This document shows positions 44,223 through 54,231 of a stretch of DNA of 64,000 nt, one piece after another. The stretch covers positions 1 through 64,000 of the forward strand of contig CAWCVB010000014.1 in NCBI GenBank assembly GCA_963798915.1, in the 5' to 3' direction. The number at the start of each line of letters is the position of its first letter. The first letter of the stretch is position 1. Origin of the DNA: an uncultured Gemmatimonadales bacterium. Its GTDB lineage: Bacteria > Gemmatimonadota > Gemmatimonadetes > Gemmatimonadales > GWC2-71-9. Position numbers and translations under genes: made by a program. Under the pieces are notes generated by a model. The model was not told the DNA's origin. It ran no database searches and saw only the letters and a list, made by a program, of their open reading frames with translations.

Positions 44223-45040
44223 CCGGCAGCGACGCCGTGCAGCGGGCCGTCGCCGCCCTGCGTGATCAGCTCGGCGGTTTTGAGGCGGAAATCGCCATCG
44301 TGCTCGGTTCCGGCCTGGGTGGTTTTGCCGCCCGCGCCAGCGATTCCCACTCGGTTTCCTATCGTCATATTCCCGGATTTCCCGAGCCCACCGTGCAGGG
44401 CCACGCGGGGCAGCTGGTCGCCGGCATCATCGGTGGCCGGCGCGTGCTACTGCAAAGCGGACGATTCCACATGTACGAGGGGCACTCCGCCGAGCTCTCG
44501 GCCCTTCCAGTCCGGGTCTTCGCCGAGCTGGGCATTGGTACGCTCGTGATCACCAACGCCGCCGGCGGAATCCGTCCGTCGTTTGCCGCGGGCACCCTGA
44601 TGCTCATTACTGATCACCTGAATCTTACGGGACGAAATCCGCTCGTCGGTAATGTGCTGCCGCGCGAGGAGCGCTTTCCCGATATGACAATGGCCTATGA
44701 CCTGGAGCTGCGGGCCCTGGCCCGGGCGATCGCCCAGGAGCAGGACATTGCGCTGGAAGAGGGTGTCTATGCCGGGCTTCTCGGCCCCAATTACGAGACG
44801 CCAGCGGAGGTGAGGATGCTGCGGGGGCTCGGTGCGGACGCGGTCGGCATGTCGACGGTCGTGGAAGTCATTGCTGCGCGGGCTCGCGGCATGCGATGCC
44901 TTGGCATCTCCACGGTGACCAACCTGGCAGCCGGCGTCGGCGACGACGTACTGTCGCATGCCGAGGTGATGGAAACGGCCGAGTTGGTAGAGGAAAAGCT
45001 GGGCCGGCTGGTCGAAGGGATCGTCACTCGGGCGGCCTGA
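44219..45040 (+). CDS. punA: Trimeric-type purine-nucleoside phosphorylase
   Basis: VLGSGLG, GHAG, GRFHMYEG, TNAAGG, GPNYETPAE, VGMST. Confidence 0.92.
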   Translation: MTGSDAVQRAVAALRDQLGGFEAEIAIVLGSGLGGFAARASDSHSVSYRHIPGFPEPTVQGHAGQLVAGIIGGRRVLLQSGRFHMYEGHSAELSALPVRVFAELGIGTLVITNAAGGIRPSFAAGTLMLITDHLNLTGRNPLVGNVLPREERFPDMTMAYDLELRALARAIAQEQDIALEEGVYAGLLGPNYETPAEVRMLRGLGADAVGMSTVVEVIAARARGMRCLGISTVTNLAAGVGDDVLSHAEVMETAELVEEKLGRLVEGIVTRAA

Positions 45041-45043
45041 GTT

Positions 45044-45829
45044 TCAGTGCGCAGATACCGAGTGGTCGAGCGGCGGATGGCCACGGCCAAGGGCGGGAGC
45101 GGCCTGCATCGCACGGGTGACATAGCGCAGCGCATCGTCCACTGCGGCAAGGAGAGGCTTGCCCAGGGCCAGGTCGGCAGTAATGGCGGCGGAGAGGGTG
45201 CACCCGGTACCATGCGCGCCCGGGATGTTGAGGCGCGGGCGCGTGAAGCGGCGCGTTCCGTCGGGCGTGACAAGTACGTCGGTGACGATGTCGCCATCGA
45301 GGTGGCCGCCCTTGACCAGCGCGGCGGACGCCCCAAGCTCGAGCAGCGCCCGGCCGGCACGTTCCATGGCGCTCGCGTCGCGCACTTCCTGGCCCAGCAG
45401 GATCTCCGCCTCTTCGAGATTCGGCGTGACCAGTGCGGCCAGCGGCAGCAGGTCGTCACGGATGACGGTTTCGGCGGCCTTTGTGAGCAGGCGATCGCCG
45501 GACGACGCCACCATGACCGGGTCCACCACCAGGGCACCCCAGGCCTGCTCGGCGGCCACCTGCACCACGACGCGCGCCAGCGTCTCGTCCGCCAGCATAC
45601 CGGTCTTCACGGCGTCGGGCGGCAGGTCGTTGACCAGGGCCGCCAGCTGTGCCATGAGGAAGCCGGCCGGCACCGCGTGCACGGCGGACACGCCCAGCGT
45701 ATTCTGCGCCGTCAATGCGGTGACAGCCGTGGTGCCGTGGACGCCGAACTGGTGGAAGGTCTTGAGGTCGGCCTGAATACCGGCGCCGCCGCCGGAGTCC
45801 GAACCGGCAATGCTCAAGGCAATCTTCAC
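45044..45829 (-). CDS. thiD: HMP/HMP-phosphate kinase
   Basis: IAGSDSGGGAGIQADLKT, DPVM, TPNLEE, KGGHL, HGTGCTLS. Confidence 0.95.
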   Translation of the reverse strand: MKIALSIAGSDSGGGAGIQADLKTFHQFGVHGTTAVTALTAQNTLGVSAVHAVPAGFLMAQLAALVNDLPPDAVKTGMLADETLARVVVQVAAEQAWGALVVDPVMVASSGDRLLTKAAETVIRDDLLPLAALVTPNLEEAEILLGQEVRDASAMERAGRALLELGASAALVKGGHLDGDIVTDVLVTPDGTRRFTRPRLNIPGAHGTGCTLSAAITADLALGKPLLAAVDDALRYVTRAMQAAPALGRGHPPLDHSVSAH

Positions 45830-46647
45830 GGCGTCTTGACCTCCTTCGGTGCAGGCGGCATGGCCTTCAGTCTGCTCCGGAGCGACGTGAACGCCGACAG
45901 GTCGCTGCGGCCGGTCCGAACCGCGGCCCTCGCGCCCGGCACCTCATCAATGTAGCGGTCAAGGTTCTGCAACCGCTCGGACGTGGACGGGTGGGACGAG
46001 AACCAGAGCTCGACCTTGCTGGGTTCCTGCTGCTGGAGCGACTCCAGCGTCTCGAACTCTCGCTTGAGCCCCTCGGGATCGATATTGGCCCGGGTGGTGT
46101 AAACCACTGCCATCGAGTCGGCTTCCCGCTCGTCGTCGCGGGAGAACTTTGCGAAGATTGCGCCGCCGGCAATGTTCACCGCGACCGCTTCGGCGTCGCC
46201 GGGCTGGCGGCCGAGCAGGATGTAGGCGAGGGTCAGCCCCGTGTTCGCGGCGCCGACCTGTCCCATCTGCTCGGCGGAATGGCGCAGGTCCACGTGGCCG
46301 ATCTCGTGCGCCACCGCGCCGGCGAACTCGTCCCAGTGGCTGGCCCGCTCCACCAGCCCGCGGAAGACATAAATGTGGCCGCCAGGCAGGGCAAAGGCAT
46401 TGACCTGGTCCGAGTTGATGACATCAAAGGTCCAGTTCAGATCCTGCCGTTGGGCCACGCGCTTCAGTGGCGCAACTGAACTGTTCAGGGCCGAGACGAT
46501 GGCGCCATCGTGAATGACCGGCATGGTGCGCTCGACCTCGGCCGCCGCCTGGTCACCAGTCTGGACTTCCTGCTGGACGCTCGGAGTACAGGCGGACAAT
46601 AGCGCGAACGCAGTCAGTGCACTCGCAGGATGAAAGAAGCGCGGCAT
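45826..46647 (-). CDS. M48 zinc metalloprotease lipoprotein
   Basis: Lipobox LSAC; VNAFALPGG, AHEIGH, SRDDEREAD, SSHP. Confidence 0.9.
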   Translation of the reverse strand: MPRFFHPASALTAFALLSACTPSVQQEVQTGDQAAAEVERTMPVIHDGAIVSALNSSVAPLKRVAQRQDLNWTFDVINSDQVNAFALPGGHIYVFRGLVERASHWDEFAGAVAHEIGHVDLRHSAEQMGQVGAANTGLTLAYILLGRQPGDAEAVAVNIAGGAIFAKFSRDDEREADSMAVVYTTRANIDPEGLKREFETLESLQQQEPSKVELWFSSHPSTSERLQNLDRYIDEVPGARAAVRTGRSDLSAFTSLRSRLKAMPPAPKEVKTP

Positions 46648-47413
46648 GGGCAGCTCCCTGGTTACCATGATTCGTGACCTGCATCTCAAGCGCGGCCGGG
46701 AACGGCGTGGCCTGACGCTGGCAGAGGGCGTGCGCCTGGTCGAAGAAGCGCGCGCGGCGGGACTCGAGATCCGCGGTGCCATGGTCGGCCCGGCGCTGGA
46801 GGCGACCGCACGAGGCAAATCGCTCAAGGCGGCACTGGTTTCTGCCGGTGTCGAGATGCATGAGGTGCCCTCCGACGCGCTGCGCGAGCTGGCGGAAACG
46901 GAGCACCCACAGGGAATTATTGCGGTTATCAGCCCAACGCGCTGGAGTCTGGATCACATCACCATGCGGACGCATGACACGGTGCTGGCTCTGGATGGCG
47001 TGCAGGACCCCGGCAATGTGGGCACGCTGGCCAGGACCGCGCTGGGCCTGGGAGCACGCGGCCTCGTGGCGTTGCCGGGCACGGCCGAACTCACCAATCC
47101 CAAGGTGCTACGCTCCGCCATGGGCGCCACGTTTCGTTTCCCGTGCGTCTCGGCAAGCATCGCTGCCTTTGCGGAATGGGCGTCTGCCCAGGACGTGCGT
47201 ACATGGGTGGCCGCGGCTGATGGGGAGCCGGTTCGAGGCGCCAGCCGGCCTGACCGGCTGGCCCTGGTGGTCGGGAATGAAGGTGCCGGCGTGTCGGATA
47301 CCCTGCGGGGCAGCGCGGCGCGCGCCGTGGCGATTCCGCTCAAGGACGGAGCCGAGTCGCTCAACGTGGCCGCCGCGGCGGCCATCCTCCTGTACGAGGT
47401 GACGCGTGACTGA
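46646..47413 (+). CDS. TrmH/SpoU family RNA methyltransferase
   Basis: PQGIIAV, VQDPGNVGTLART, GNEGAGV, ESLNVA. Confidence 0.92.
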   Translation: MGSSLVTMIRDLHLKRGRERRGLTLAEGVRLVEEARAAGLEIRGAMVGPALEATARGKSLKAALVSAGVEMHEVPSDALRELAETEHPQGIIAVISPTRWSLDHITMRTHDTVLALDGVQDPGNVGTLARTALGLGARGLVALPGTAELTNPKVLRSAMGATFRFPCVSASIAAFAEWASAQDVRTWVAAADGEPVRGASRPDRLALVVGNEGAGVSDTLRGSAARAVAIPLKDGAESLNVAAAAAILLYEVTRD

Positions 47414-48188
47414 TCTGCCCCGCTGGTTTGCCATCCTGCTGGCTGGCGTCGTCGGGCTCGTGCTCGGCAGCTTCCTGAATGTCTGCATTGTCCGCTGGGG
47501 GGCAGAGCCCAAGCAGTCGGTGGTGCGGCCTCGCTCGCGCTGTCCCCGCTGCGGCACCACACTTCGTGCCCGGGACAACGTCCCAGTGGTGTCGTGGCTC
47601 ATGCTGCGCGGCCGCTGCCATGGGTGCGGCCTCTCGATCTCATGGATGTATCCGCTGGTGGAACTGGCCAGCGGCCTGCTGTGGGCCGGCATGGCCTGGA
47701 GACTGGGGCTGACCTTGCATGCCCTCGAAGGCGCCGTCTTCTTCTCGATTCTCCTTGGCATCGCGCTCACCGACCTTCGCAACTACATCATCCCTGACGA
47801 ATTCACGCTGGGTGGGCTGGTGATCGGTCTCGGACTTGCGCTGGCAGGCGGCGTTCCGACGCTGGGCCGCGCGCTGCTCGGCGCCGCCGTCGGGTTTGGC
47901 ACGCTCTGGCTGGTGGGCTGGGCCGGATCCGCGCTGTTCCGGAAAGAGGCCATGGGTGGAGGCGATATCAAGATGATGGCGATGGTGGGCGCCTTCACCG
48001 GCTGGATGGGCGTGCTTCTCAGCATCTTCCTGGGGGCGATCATCGCCGTGCTCATCTTCATCCCGATTCTCTTCATCCGGCGGGACAAGTTGGTGCCATT
48101 CGGCATCTTTCTCGCGCTGGGCGCGGCCGTGACCTGGCTCGCAGGCGCGGACATTATCGGATGGTATCGCGGGATGGTGGGCCTGTGA
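47406..48188 (+). CDS. pilD: Prepilin peptidase (A24)
   Basis: GSFLNV, CPRC, CHGC, YPLVE, MGGGDIKM, VPFG. Confidence 0.92.
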   Translation: MTDLPRWFAILLAGVVGLVLGSFLNVCIVRWGAEPKQSVVRPRSRCPRCGTTLRARDNVPVVSWLMLRGRCHGCGLSISWMYPLVELASGLLWAGMAWRLGLTLHALEGAVFFSILLGIALTDLRNYIIPDEFTLGGLVIGLGLALAGGVPTLGRALLGAAVGFGTLWLVGWAGSALFRKEAMGGGDIKMMAMVGAFTGWMGVLLSIFLGAIIAVLIFIPILFIRRDKLVPFGIFLALGAAVTWLAGADIIGWYRGMVGL

Positions 48189-49390
48189 GGCGGCTGGCGC
48201 TCGCGCTGCTGGTGACATGCCTGGCCTGCCGGGGCGAGCCGGCCAATCGCACGTCCGGCGAGGCGCGGCTGGCTCAGATGATGGACAGTCTGACCCCCGC
48301 GGTGGAACAGGCGGTCGGGCTCAGCTTCAAGACCCCGCCGCGCTCGGCCGTGCGCACCCGCGCCGAAGTGCGCCGCTACCTGATCAACAAGCTGGATGAG
48401 GAGTTGACCCCGCAACGGGCCGGGGGTGTGGAGGCGACCTACCATCTCCTGGGGATGATGCCCGACAGCGTGGACCTGCGTTCGCTGCTGCTTGACCTCC
48501 TCACCGAGCAGGTCGTCGGATTCTACGACGCTGACTCGGCGATGTTCTTTGGCGTGGCTGGCGCACCGCAGGAACAGCTCGGCGTAACCGTGGCACACGA
48601 GATGGTGCACGCGCTCCAGGGTCAGTACCTCGCCCTCGATTCGATGCTTCGCGCTCGCGGCGACAACGATCGGGCGACAGCGGCGCAGGCCATCCTCGAG
48701 GGCCAGGCGATGGTGGCCTCGATCCAGGTCATGGCGCCCTCACATGACGTGCTGCATGATGACGCCATCTGGTCGATGCTCAAGGCGCAGACCCGCCAGG
48801 CGCAGAATACCATGCCGCAGTTTGGCGCCGCTCCGCTGGTGGTGCGCGAAGGTCTGATCTTCCCCTATGTGGAAGGCGCGCTCTTCATGCAATGGTGGGA
48901 GACTCGATCAGGTCACGCGGATACCGTCCCGTTCGGCGCGCGCATGCCTCGCTCGAGTGAGCAGATCCTGCACCCGGACCGGTACGCCAAGGGCGACGAG
49001 CCGCTGCGGATCGGCATCGCCGCGGTGCCGGGCGACTCGGTGCTGCATGAGGACAACCTGGGCGAACTCGAGACCACGCTGCTGGGTGCAGTGCTGGCCG
49101 GGCGGAACGACCCTTCCTATGATCCGGCACTGGGCTGGGGCGGCGACCGATATCGCGTGGTCGCCACATCGGATGGGCCGGCGCTGGTCTGGTACCTGGT
49201 CTTCGATGACCCGGCGTCAGCCGCGCGATTCGATGCAGGCACCGGGGCACTGCTCCGGAAACGGCAGCGGAAGGGCTATCGGGCCGATTTCACCATGCTG
49301 GACATCAGTGGCCACCGTGCGGCACGATTCGTCATGGCGCCGGTGGCGTGGCCGGGATGGAAAGCTCTCCCGGGAGCATCTATCCCATAG
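48185..49390 (+). CDS. Hypothetical lipoprotein with zincin-like motif
   Basis: Lipobox CLAC; AHEMVHALQ..ILEGQA, FPYVEG, SSEQILHP, GWGGD. Confidence 0.75.
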   Translation: MRRLALALLVTCLACRGEPANRTSGEARLAQMMDSLTPAVEQAVGLSFKTPPRSAVRTRAEVRRYLINKLDEELTPQRAGGVEATYHLLGMMPDSVDLRSLLLDLLTEQVVGFYDADSAMFFGVAGAPQEQLGVTVAHEMVHALQGQYLALDSMLRARGDNDRATAAQAILEGQAMVASIQVMAPSHDVLHDDAIWSMLKAQTRQAQNTMPQFGAAPLVVREGLIFPYVEGALFMQWWETRSGHADTVPFGARMPRSSEQILHPDRYAKGDEPLRIGIAAVPGDSVLHEDNLGELETTLLGAVLAGRNDPSYDPALGWGGDRYRVVATSDGPALVWYLVFDDPASAARFDAGTGALLRKRQRKGYRADFTMLDISGHRAARFVMAPVAWPGWKALPGASIP

Positions 49391-49531
49391 GGATGCCTGG
49401 CCGAATGCCAGGCCTCTCGCGGCCGCGGCGTCACCAGGCGCTGCCGTTCGCTCCACCCGCTTCGTTGGTATTTCCGGCCACCGCTCACCGATGCGCCCGC
49501 TGATACGGCGGCCCGCTTGCCCGAGTTTGCG

Positions 49532-49560
49532 GAGCCGCCGAGCCGCCGAGCCGCCGAGCT
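49532..49560. repeat. (GAGCCGCC)x3 octamer repeat
   Basis: Directly after the DUF445 gene stop. Confidence 0.7.
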
Positions 49561-49561
49561 C

Positions 49562-51124
49562 TCACCGCATCAGCATGTTCACTCCGAACGCGGCTGCTCC
49601 CACGATCGCGCCGAGCAGATAGCCCAGGCGGACGATCAGGGTGAGCTCCTTCTGCGTCACGTTGCGCACAATCTCTTCCATACGCTGGGTCGAAAAGCCG
49701 CGCACCTTCTGCTCCACCATGTCCTGCACATTGAGCTGCTGCACAATGCGGGGAATTTCCTGCTGCACCCAGCCCCAGGCGGCGCGTGCGATCCCGTCCC
49801 GGAGTTTCTGCCCTGTATCGTCACTGAGCCAGCGGCCTGGGCGGCCCACCGGTCGCGAGAGCAACCGCTCAATGACCTGCGCCACGCTGTCGCTGATCCA
49901 GCGCTGGCCCCGCTCCCCCGTAATCACCTCCCGCGCCAGTGCGACTGCGCGCTCGCGCGGGATCAGCCCGACGGCGTCGCCCCAGGTGCGCCGTTCCACC
50001 ACCCCCATGAGACGGTCCGCAGCGCGCGCCACCGCATCGCGGGTGGCATCGTCACGGACCACACGAACCAGCCAGTCACCCAGGGTAATCTCGAGCGCGT
50101 CCCGTTTCTCGGCCGTGAGCCGCTCGAATCGCTGCGCCAGCGGCATCCGGAGAAAATTGACCACGGCGTCGTTCACGGCGCGCGTGACCTGCGCCTTCAT
50201 GCCCGGTTCGGCCAGCGCCGCAGCGAACTTGTCAAATCCCTCGGCTTCGAAGCCGTCCACCAGGCGCTCGATGGTCCGATCAGTCACCACGAGCTTGGCG
50301 AGAATCCGTTCGTGCAACAGCAGGTCGCGCACCGAGTGGTCAAAGGCATCGCGCAGGGCTCGCTCGATGCGGTTACGCGCCACGGGATCGCTCAGCAGCG
50401 CGCTGAGGCGCTCGAGCGCCATCGGCAGGTAGTCGGTGATGGCGCTCTCGACCGTGCCAATGAGGCCGTGCGGCAGCCGATCCAGCAATGGCGTCTGATC
50501 GTTCGCCATCGCTTCGAGCCGCTCATGCACCCATCGCCTGAGCGTTGCCTCCAGATCGTCATGCTCCGCCAGAGTGCCGACCCACTCGCGGACTTTGGCG
50601 CTGATGCGATCGCGCCGGCCCTCGCCGAGCGCGCCGCTGATCGGCTGATCTCCCACCTGCCGGGCCACGCCATCCAGGAAATTCTGAATCAGCTGACCAA
50701 AGTCGTCCGATGCCGCCCATTTGCCCACTCGGCCGGCCACAGCTGGTGCGACGCCTGCCAGGGCGCCCTCGACGGCGACGATCAGGTCAGGGCCCAGTTC
50801 CTCGCGAAGCGGCCCGCGCTCCTTTTCCAGCAGGTTCTCGAGCACGCCACCGAGCGCGCGGGCAAAGGCCTCCTGTACCTGGGGCGCGGCGAGTCGGGCG
50901 GTCAGGTCCTCAGGCGTGAGAAGACGCTCGCCTACCGTGCGACCGATGCTCTTGGCCAGGCGTTCCTTGTTCTTGGGGATGGCACCGTGCAGCGTGAAGC
51001 GCCAGAAACCTCGGCGCTCGTAGGGATGAAACAGCATCCAGATGGCGATCGCATTGGTCACGCCGCCGGAAATCGCACCGACACCGACAGTCACGGCGCC
51101 GGCCAGAAGGAGCTGAGTGTCCAT
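49562..51124 (-). CDS. DUF445 family membrane protein
   Basis: TNAIAIWMLFHP, GAIPKNKERLA, C-terminal ELTLIVRLGYLLGAIVG. Confidence 0.85.
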   Translation of the reverse strand: MDTQLLLAGAVTVGVGAISGGVTNAIAIWMLFHPYERRGFWRFTLHGAIPKNKERLAKSIGRTVGERLLTPEDLTARLAAPQVQEAFARALGGVLENLLEKERGPLREELGPDLIVAVEGALAGVAPAVAGRVGKWAASDDFGQLIQNFLDGVARQVGDQPISGALGEGRRDRISAKVREWVGTLAEHDDLEATLRRWVHERLEAMANDQTPLLDRLPHGLIGTVESAITDYLPMALERLSALLSDPVARNRIERALRDAFDHSVRDLLLHERILAKLVVTDRTIERLVDGFEAEGFDKFAAALAEPGMKAQVTRAVNDAVVNFLRMPLAQRFERLTAEKRDALEITLGDWLVRVVRDDATRDAVARAADRLMGVVERRTWGDAVGLIPRERAVALAREVITGERGQRWISDSVAQVIERLLSRPVGRPGRWLSDDTGQKLRDGIARAAWGWVQQEIPRIVQQLNVQDMVEQKVRGFSTQRMEEIVRNVTQKELTLIVRLGYLLGAIVGAAAFGVNMLMR

Positions 51125-51133
51125 ATGCGGTGG

Positions 51134-51362
51134 AGGATGGGCGGGATGGGCGCGATGGGCAAGACAGGACGGGCAAGATGGGCAGGATGGGCAGGATGGG
51201 CACGTGAGCTTGTCTGACCGTCACCCCCGCGAAAGCGGGGGTCCACAACTGGCCCGTGCCTGGCGATTCATTAGGGGTGAGTCCTCATGGATTCCCGCAT
51301 GCGCGGGAATGACGATTCACAAGGCACCCGCCAATCTCGCCCATCCAGCCCATCCTGCCTCC
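51134..51362. repeat. CGTC-type double-hairpin element nested between inverted nonamer arms
   Basis: (GATGGGCAG-like)n; CGTCACCCCCGCGAAAGCGGGGGTCCA...TGGATTCCCGCATGCGCGGGAATGACG at 51219-51314; then CCCATCCAG CCCATCCTG. Confidence 0.85.
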
Positions 51363-52493
51363 CTACTCCAGCCCCTTCCTGAACCGCACCGTCGCCACCG
51401 TGATCAAGAGCAGCGTGAAGCCGAGGAGCACCAGCGCCTGGGGCCAGAGCGCGCCCAGTCCGGTGCCCTTGAGCAGGATGCCACGCAGCACCTCCAGGAA
51501 GTAGGTGAGCGGCATGGCAGCCGCGATCCATTGCGCCACCCTGGGCATCGCGTCGATGGGAAACATGAACCCTGACATGAGAATGTTGGGCAGCATGTAG
51601 AAGAAGCCCAACTGGATCGCCTGGGCCTGCGTGTGCACCAGGGTGGACATGAACATGCCGACGCCAAGACTGGCGAGGATGAACGGAAAACTGAGGAGCA
51701 GGAGCAGCGGCAGACTGCCGCGAAATGGCACGTGGAACAGCAGACTGCCCAGCAGCAGGATGACGAAGATCTGGATGTATCCCATGAGCAGGTAGGGCAG
51801 CATCTTGCCGAGCATGATGCTGCTCTTGCCGATGGGCGTGACGACGAGCTGCTCGAGGGTGCCGCGTTCCCGTTCGCGTACCACTGCCATGCTGGCAATG
51901 AGCACCATCGTGAGTGACAGCAGCACGCCGATGATTCCGGGTACAATGAACACCGCCGTCTGCACCGCGGGGTTGTACAGCGGTCGGATGGTGATGCTGA
52001 TCGGTGGCGCCCGGCCACGATTGGCCTGGACGATGGCCTGGCTGCGCACCAGCGCGGCTTGCCCCGCCGCGGCAATGGCCCCATTGGCCGCCAGTGGATC
52101 GGATGCATCCACCACGAACTGCGCCGCCGCGCCCCGGCCTCGCACCAGGTCCTCCGTGAACCGGTGCGGGATGACGAGCCCCGCGCGCGCATGGCCGGCG
52201 GCCAGTTCGCGCTCGAGTTCTGCGCGGTCGTGGACCATGCCGGCGAAGTCGAATGTCTCGGTATTGACCAGCGCATGCGCCAGGAGCCGGCTCTCCTGTG
52301 TCTGGGATTGATCCAGGACGAGCAGTTTCTGGTGCCGCACCTCCATCTGGATTGCGTAGCCAAACAGGACCAGCTGAAGCGCCGGGATCCCGACCATCAT
52401 TGCCACAGTGAACCGGTCGCGGCGCAGCTGCGCCACTTCCTTCCAGAGCATGGGCCAGAGGGTCCAGCGCTGAAGGCGTTCGCGCATGGTCAC
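51363..52493 (-). CDS. ABC-2 type exporter permease (YbhR/YbhS-like)
   Basis: LVLFGYAI, FIVPGIIG, VRERERGTLEQL, SGFMFPIDAMP. Confidence 0.92.
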   Translation of the reverse strand: MTMRERLQRWTLWPMLWKEVAQLRRDRFTVAMMVGIPALQLVLFGYAIQMEVRHQKLLVLDQSQTQESRLLAHALVNTETFDFAGMVHDRAELERELAAGHARAGLVIPHRFTEDLVRGRGAAAQFVVDASDPLAANGAIAAAGQAALVRSQAIVQANRGRAPPISITIRPLYNPAVQTAVFIVPGIIGVLLSLTMVLIASMAVVRERERGTLEQLVVTPIGKSSIMLGKMLPYLLMGYIQIFVILLLGSLLFHVPFRGSLPLLLLLSFPFILASLGVGMFMSTLVHTQAQAIQLGFFYMLPNILMSGFMFPIDAMPRVAQWIAAAMPLTYFLEVLRGILLKGTGLGALWPQALVLLGFTLLLITVATVRFRKGLE

Positions 52494-53263
52494 GTGACGG
52501 CACCCTCGTCCTGCTGCTGCAACGAGATGAACACGTCCTCGATGCTGTCCATGCCAAACTGCTGCTTGATCTCGGCAGGCGTGCCGACGGCGATCAGCTC
52601 ACCGCGCGAGAGGAGTGCCAACCGGTCGCAACGTTCCGCCTCATCCATGTAATGGGTGGTGACCAGGACCGTAAGCCCTGCGCGAGCGCGCTCGGCGATG
52701 ATGCGCCAGAAATGCCTCCGGGCCGCGGGATCCACGCCGGCGGTCGGTTCATCGAGAAAAACCAGGTCGGGGCGGTGCGTTGTGGCGCAGGCCAGCGCGA
52801 GACGCTGCTTCCAGCCGCCAGAGAGTGCCCCGGCGAGCTGGCCGGCTCGGGCATCGAGGCCAAACTCCTGCAACACTTCCTCGCGACGCTTGCGCCCCTC
52901 GGTCCCGATCACGCCATACAGCTCGCTGTAGAACCGGAGATTCTCGCGAACCGTCAGGTCTTCATACAGCCCGAACCGCTGCGACATATAGCCGATCCGC
53001 CGGCGCACCGCCTCCGGCTCAGCCACGACGTCGATCCCCGCCACGTCCGCGCTACCCGAGGTCGGAGCAATCAACCCGGTGAGCATCCGAATGGTGGTCG
53101 TCTTGCCCGAGCCATTGGGACCCAGCAACCCGAACACTTCGCCCCGCGGAATGGTGAGACTGAGATCCTGCACTGCGACCAGCGCTCCATACTGTTTTCG
53201 CAGGTGCTCGGTATGAACGGCGTCCACCGATTTTGCAGATTGGGCAGATTGACTGATGCTCAT
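52490..53263 (-). CDS. ABC exporter ATP-binding subunit
   Basis: GPNGSGKTT, GYMSQRFGLY, LSGGWKQR, DEPTAGVDP, TTHYMDEAE. Confidence 0.94.
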   Translation of the reverse strand: MSISQSAQSAKSVDAVHTEHLRKQYGALVAVQDLSLTIPRGEVFGLLGPNGSGKTTTIRMLTGLIAPTSGSADVAGIDVVAEPEAVRRRIGYMSQRFGLYEDLTVRENLRFYSELYGVIGTEGRKRREEVLQEFGLDARAGQLAGALSGGWKQRLALACATTHRPDLVFLDEPTAGVDPAARRHFWRIIAERARAGLTVLVTTHYMDEAERCDRLALLSRGELIAVGTPAEIKQQFGMDSIEDVFISLQQQDEGAVT

Positions 53264-54231
53264 CGCCGGTTCGTAGCTGTGGAATCTGCGTAATCGGTGG
53301 AAAAATCTGCGGACACCCAGAGGCCTGCCGGCAATGCCGAATCGAGCGCCAGGCGGACTCCGAACAGCAGGTCGGCGCGTTCATCCTGGGTGAGGGAGAC
53401 ACGAGGCGTGAATTCGGCGCGGGGCTGGACGCTGGTCACGGTTGCGCCCACACCGCGGCCCTGCCAGCCATCGGGTGTGATGGTGGCGCGGGCTCCCGGC
53501 TTCACGCTGCCCAGAAGGCGCTGCGGCGCGTAGGCGCGCACGTAGCGTCGGGCCGTGTCGCCGATGATCGCAGCCGGGGTGCCGGCCGGCAGCACCTCGC
53601 CAGGTTGGGCCGACCGCGTCAGCACCACGCCGTTCACCGGGCTTACCAGCACCAGGTCGGCCAGACGCGATCCGGTCCCCTCGAGATCGGCGCGCGCCTG
53701 GCTCAATTCGGCCTCGGCGGCCCGGATCTGAGCCGGCCGGCTGCCGGCTTCCAGCAGTCGCAGGGCGTTGCGGGCAGCATCACGTCGCTCGGCGGCGACG
53801 CGGGCCGCCGCAGCCGCCGCGTCGTAATCGCGCTGGCTGATGACCGTATCCCTGATCAGTGCTCGCGCCCGCGCCAGTTCGGTTCCGGTCCGGGTGGCTT
53901 CTGCTTCCGCTGCCTGCAGCTCGGCCTGGGCACGGGAAATTTCCTGGGGACGAGCGCCGGCCTTGAGGTCCCGCACTGCTGCTGCCGCTTGCGCCACGCG
54001 CGCCTCGCGCGCGGCCATCTGGGAGCTTGCGTCGGCCAGGCCCAGGACCGCGACGGTATCGCCCCGTGTGACGTAGTCTCCTTCGTCGACCAGAATGCGC
54101 AGTACCCGGGCCGGCTGTTGCGGTGCGATGTCCACCTGATCCAGCTCCACGGTTCCGCGGATAAGATCGGTCTGGCCGGACGAGCAGCCTGCCAGCGCCA
54201 GCATGATGAGGATGGAACGCCCACACTTCAT
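53260..54231 (-). CDS. HlyD-family periplasmic adaptor (YbhG-like) lipoprotein
   Basis: Lipobox LAGC; VDEGDYVTRGD, AGARPQEI, LVSPVNGVV, AEFTP. Confidence 0.88.
   Translation of the reverse strand: MKCGRSILIMLALAGCSSGQTDLIRGTVELDQVDIAPQQPARVLRILVDEGDYVTRGDTVAVLGLADASSQMAAREARVAQAAAAVRDLKAGARPQEISRAQAELQAAEAEATRTGTELARARALIRDTVISQRDYDAAAAAARVAAERRDAARNALRLLEAGSRPAQIRAAEAELSQARADLEGTGSRLADLVLVSPVNGVVLTRSAQPGEVLPAGTPAAIIGDTARRYVRAYAPQRLLGSVKPGARATITPDGWQGRGVGATVTSVQPRAEFTPRVSLTQDERADLLFGVRLALDSALPAGLWVSADFSTDYADSTATNRR

Noticed and set aside
45830..46000. TPP riboswitch upstream of thiD
   Set aside because: thiD overlaps the M48 gene end and no TPP aptamer core was recognised.
49517..51217. 566-aa plus-strand ORF
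   Set aside because: Antisense shadow of the DUF445 gene.
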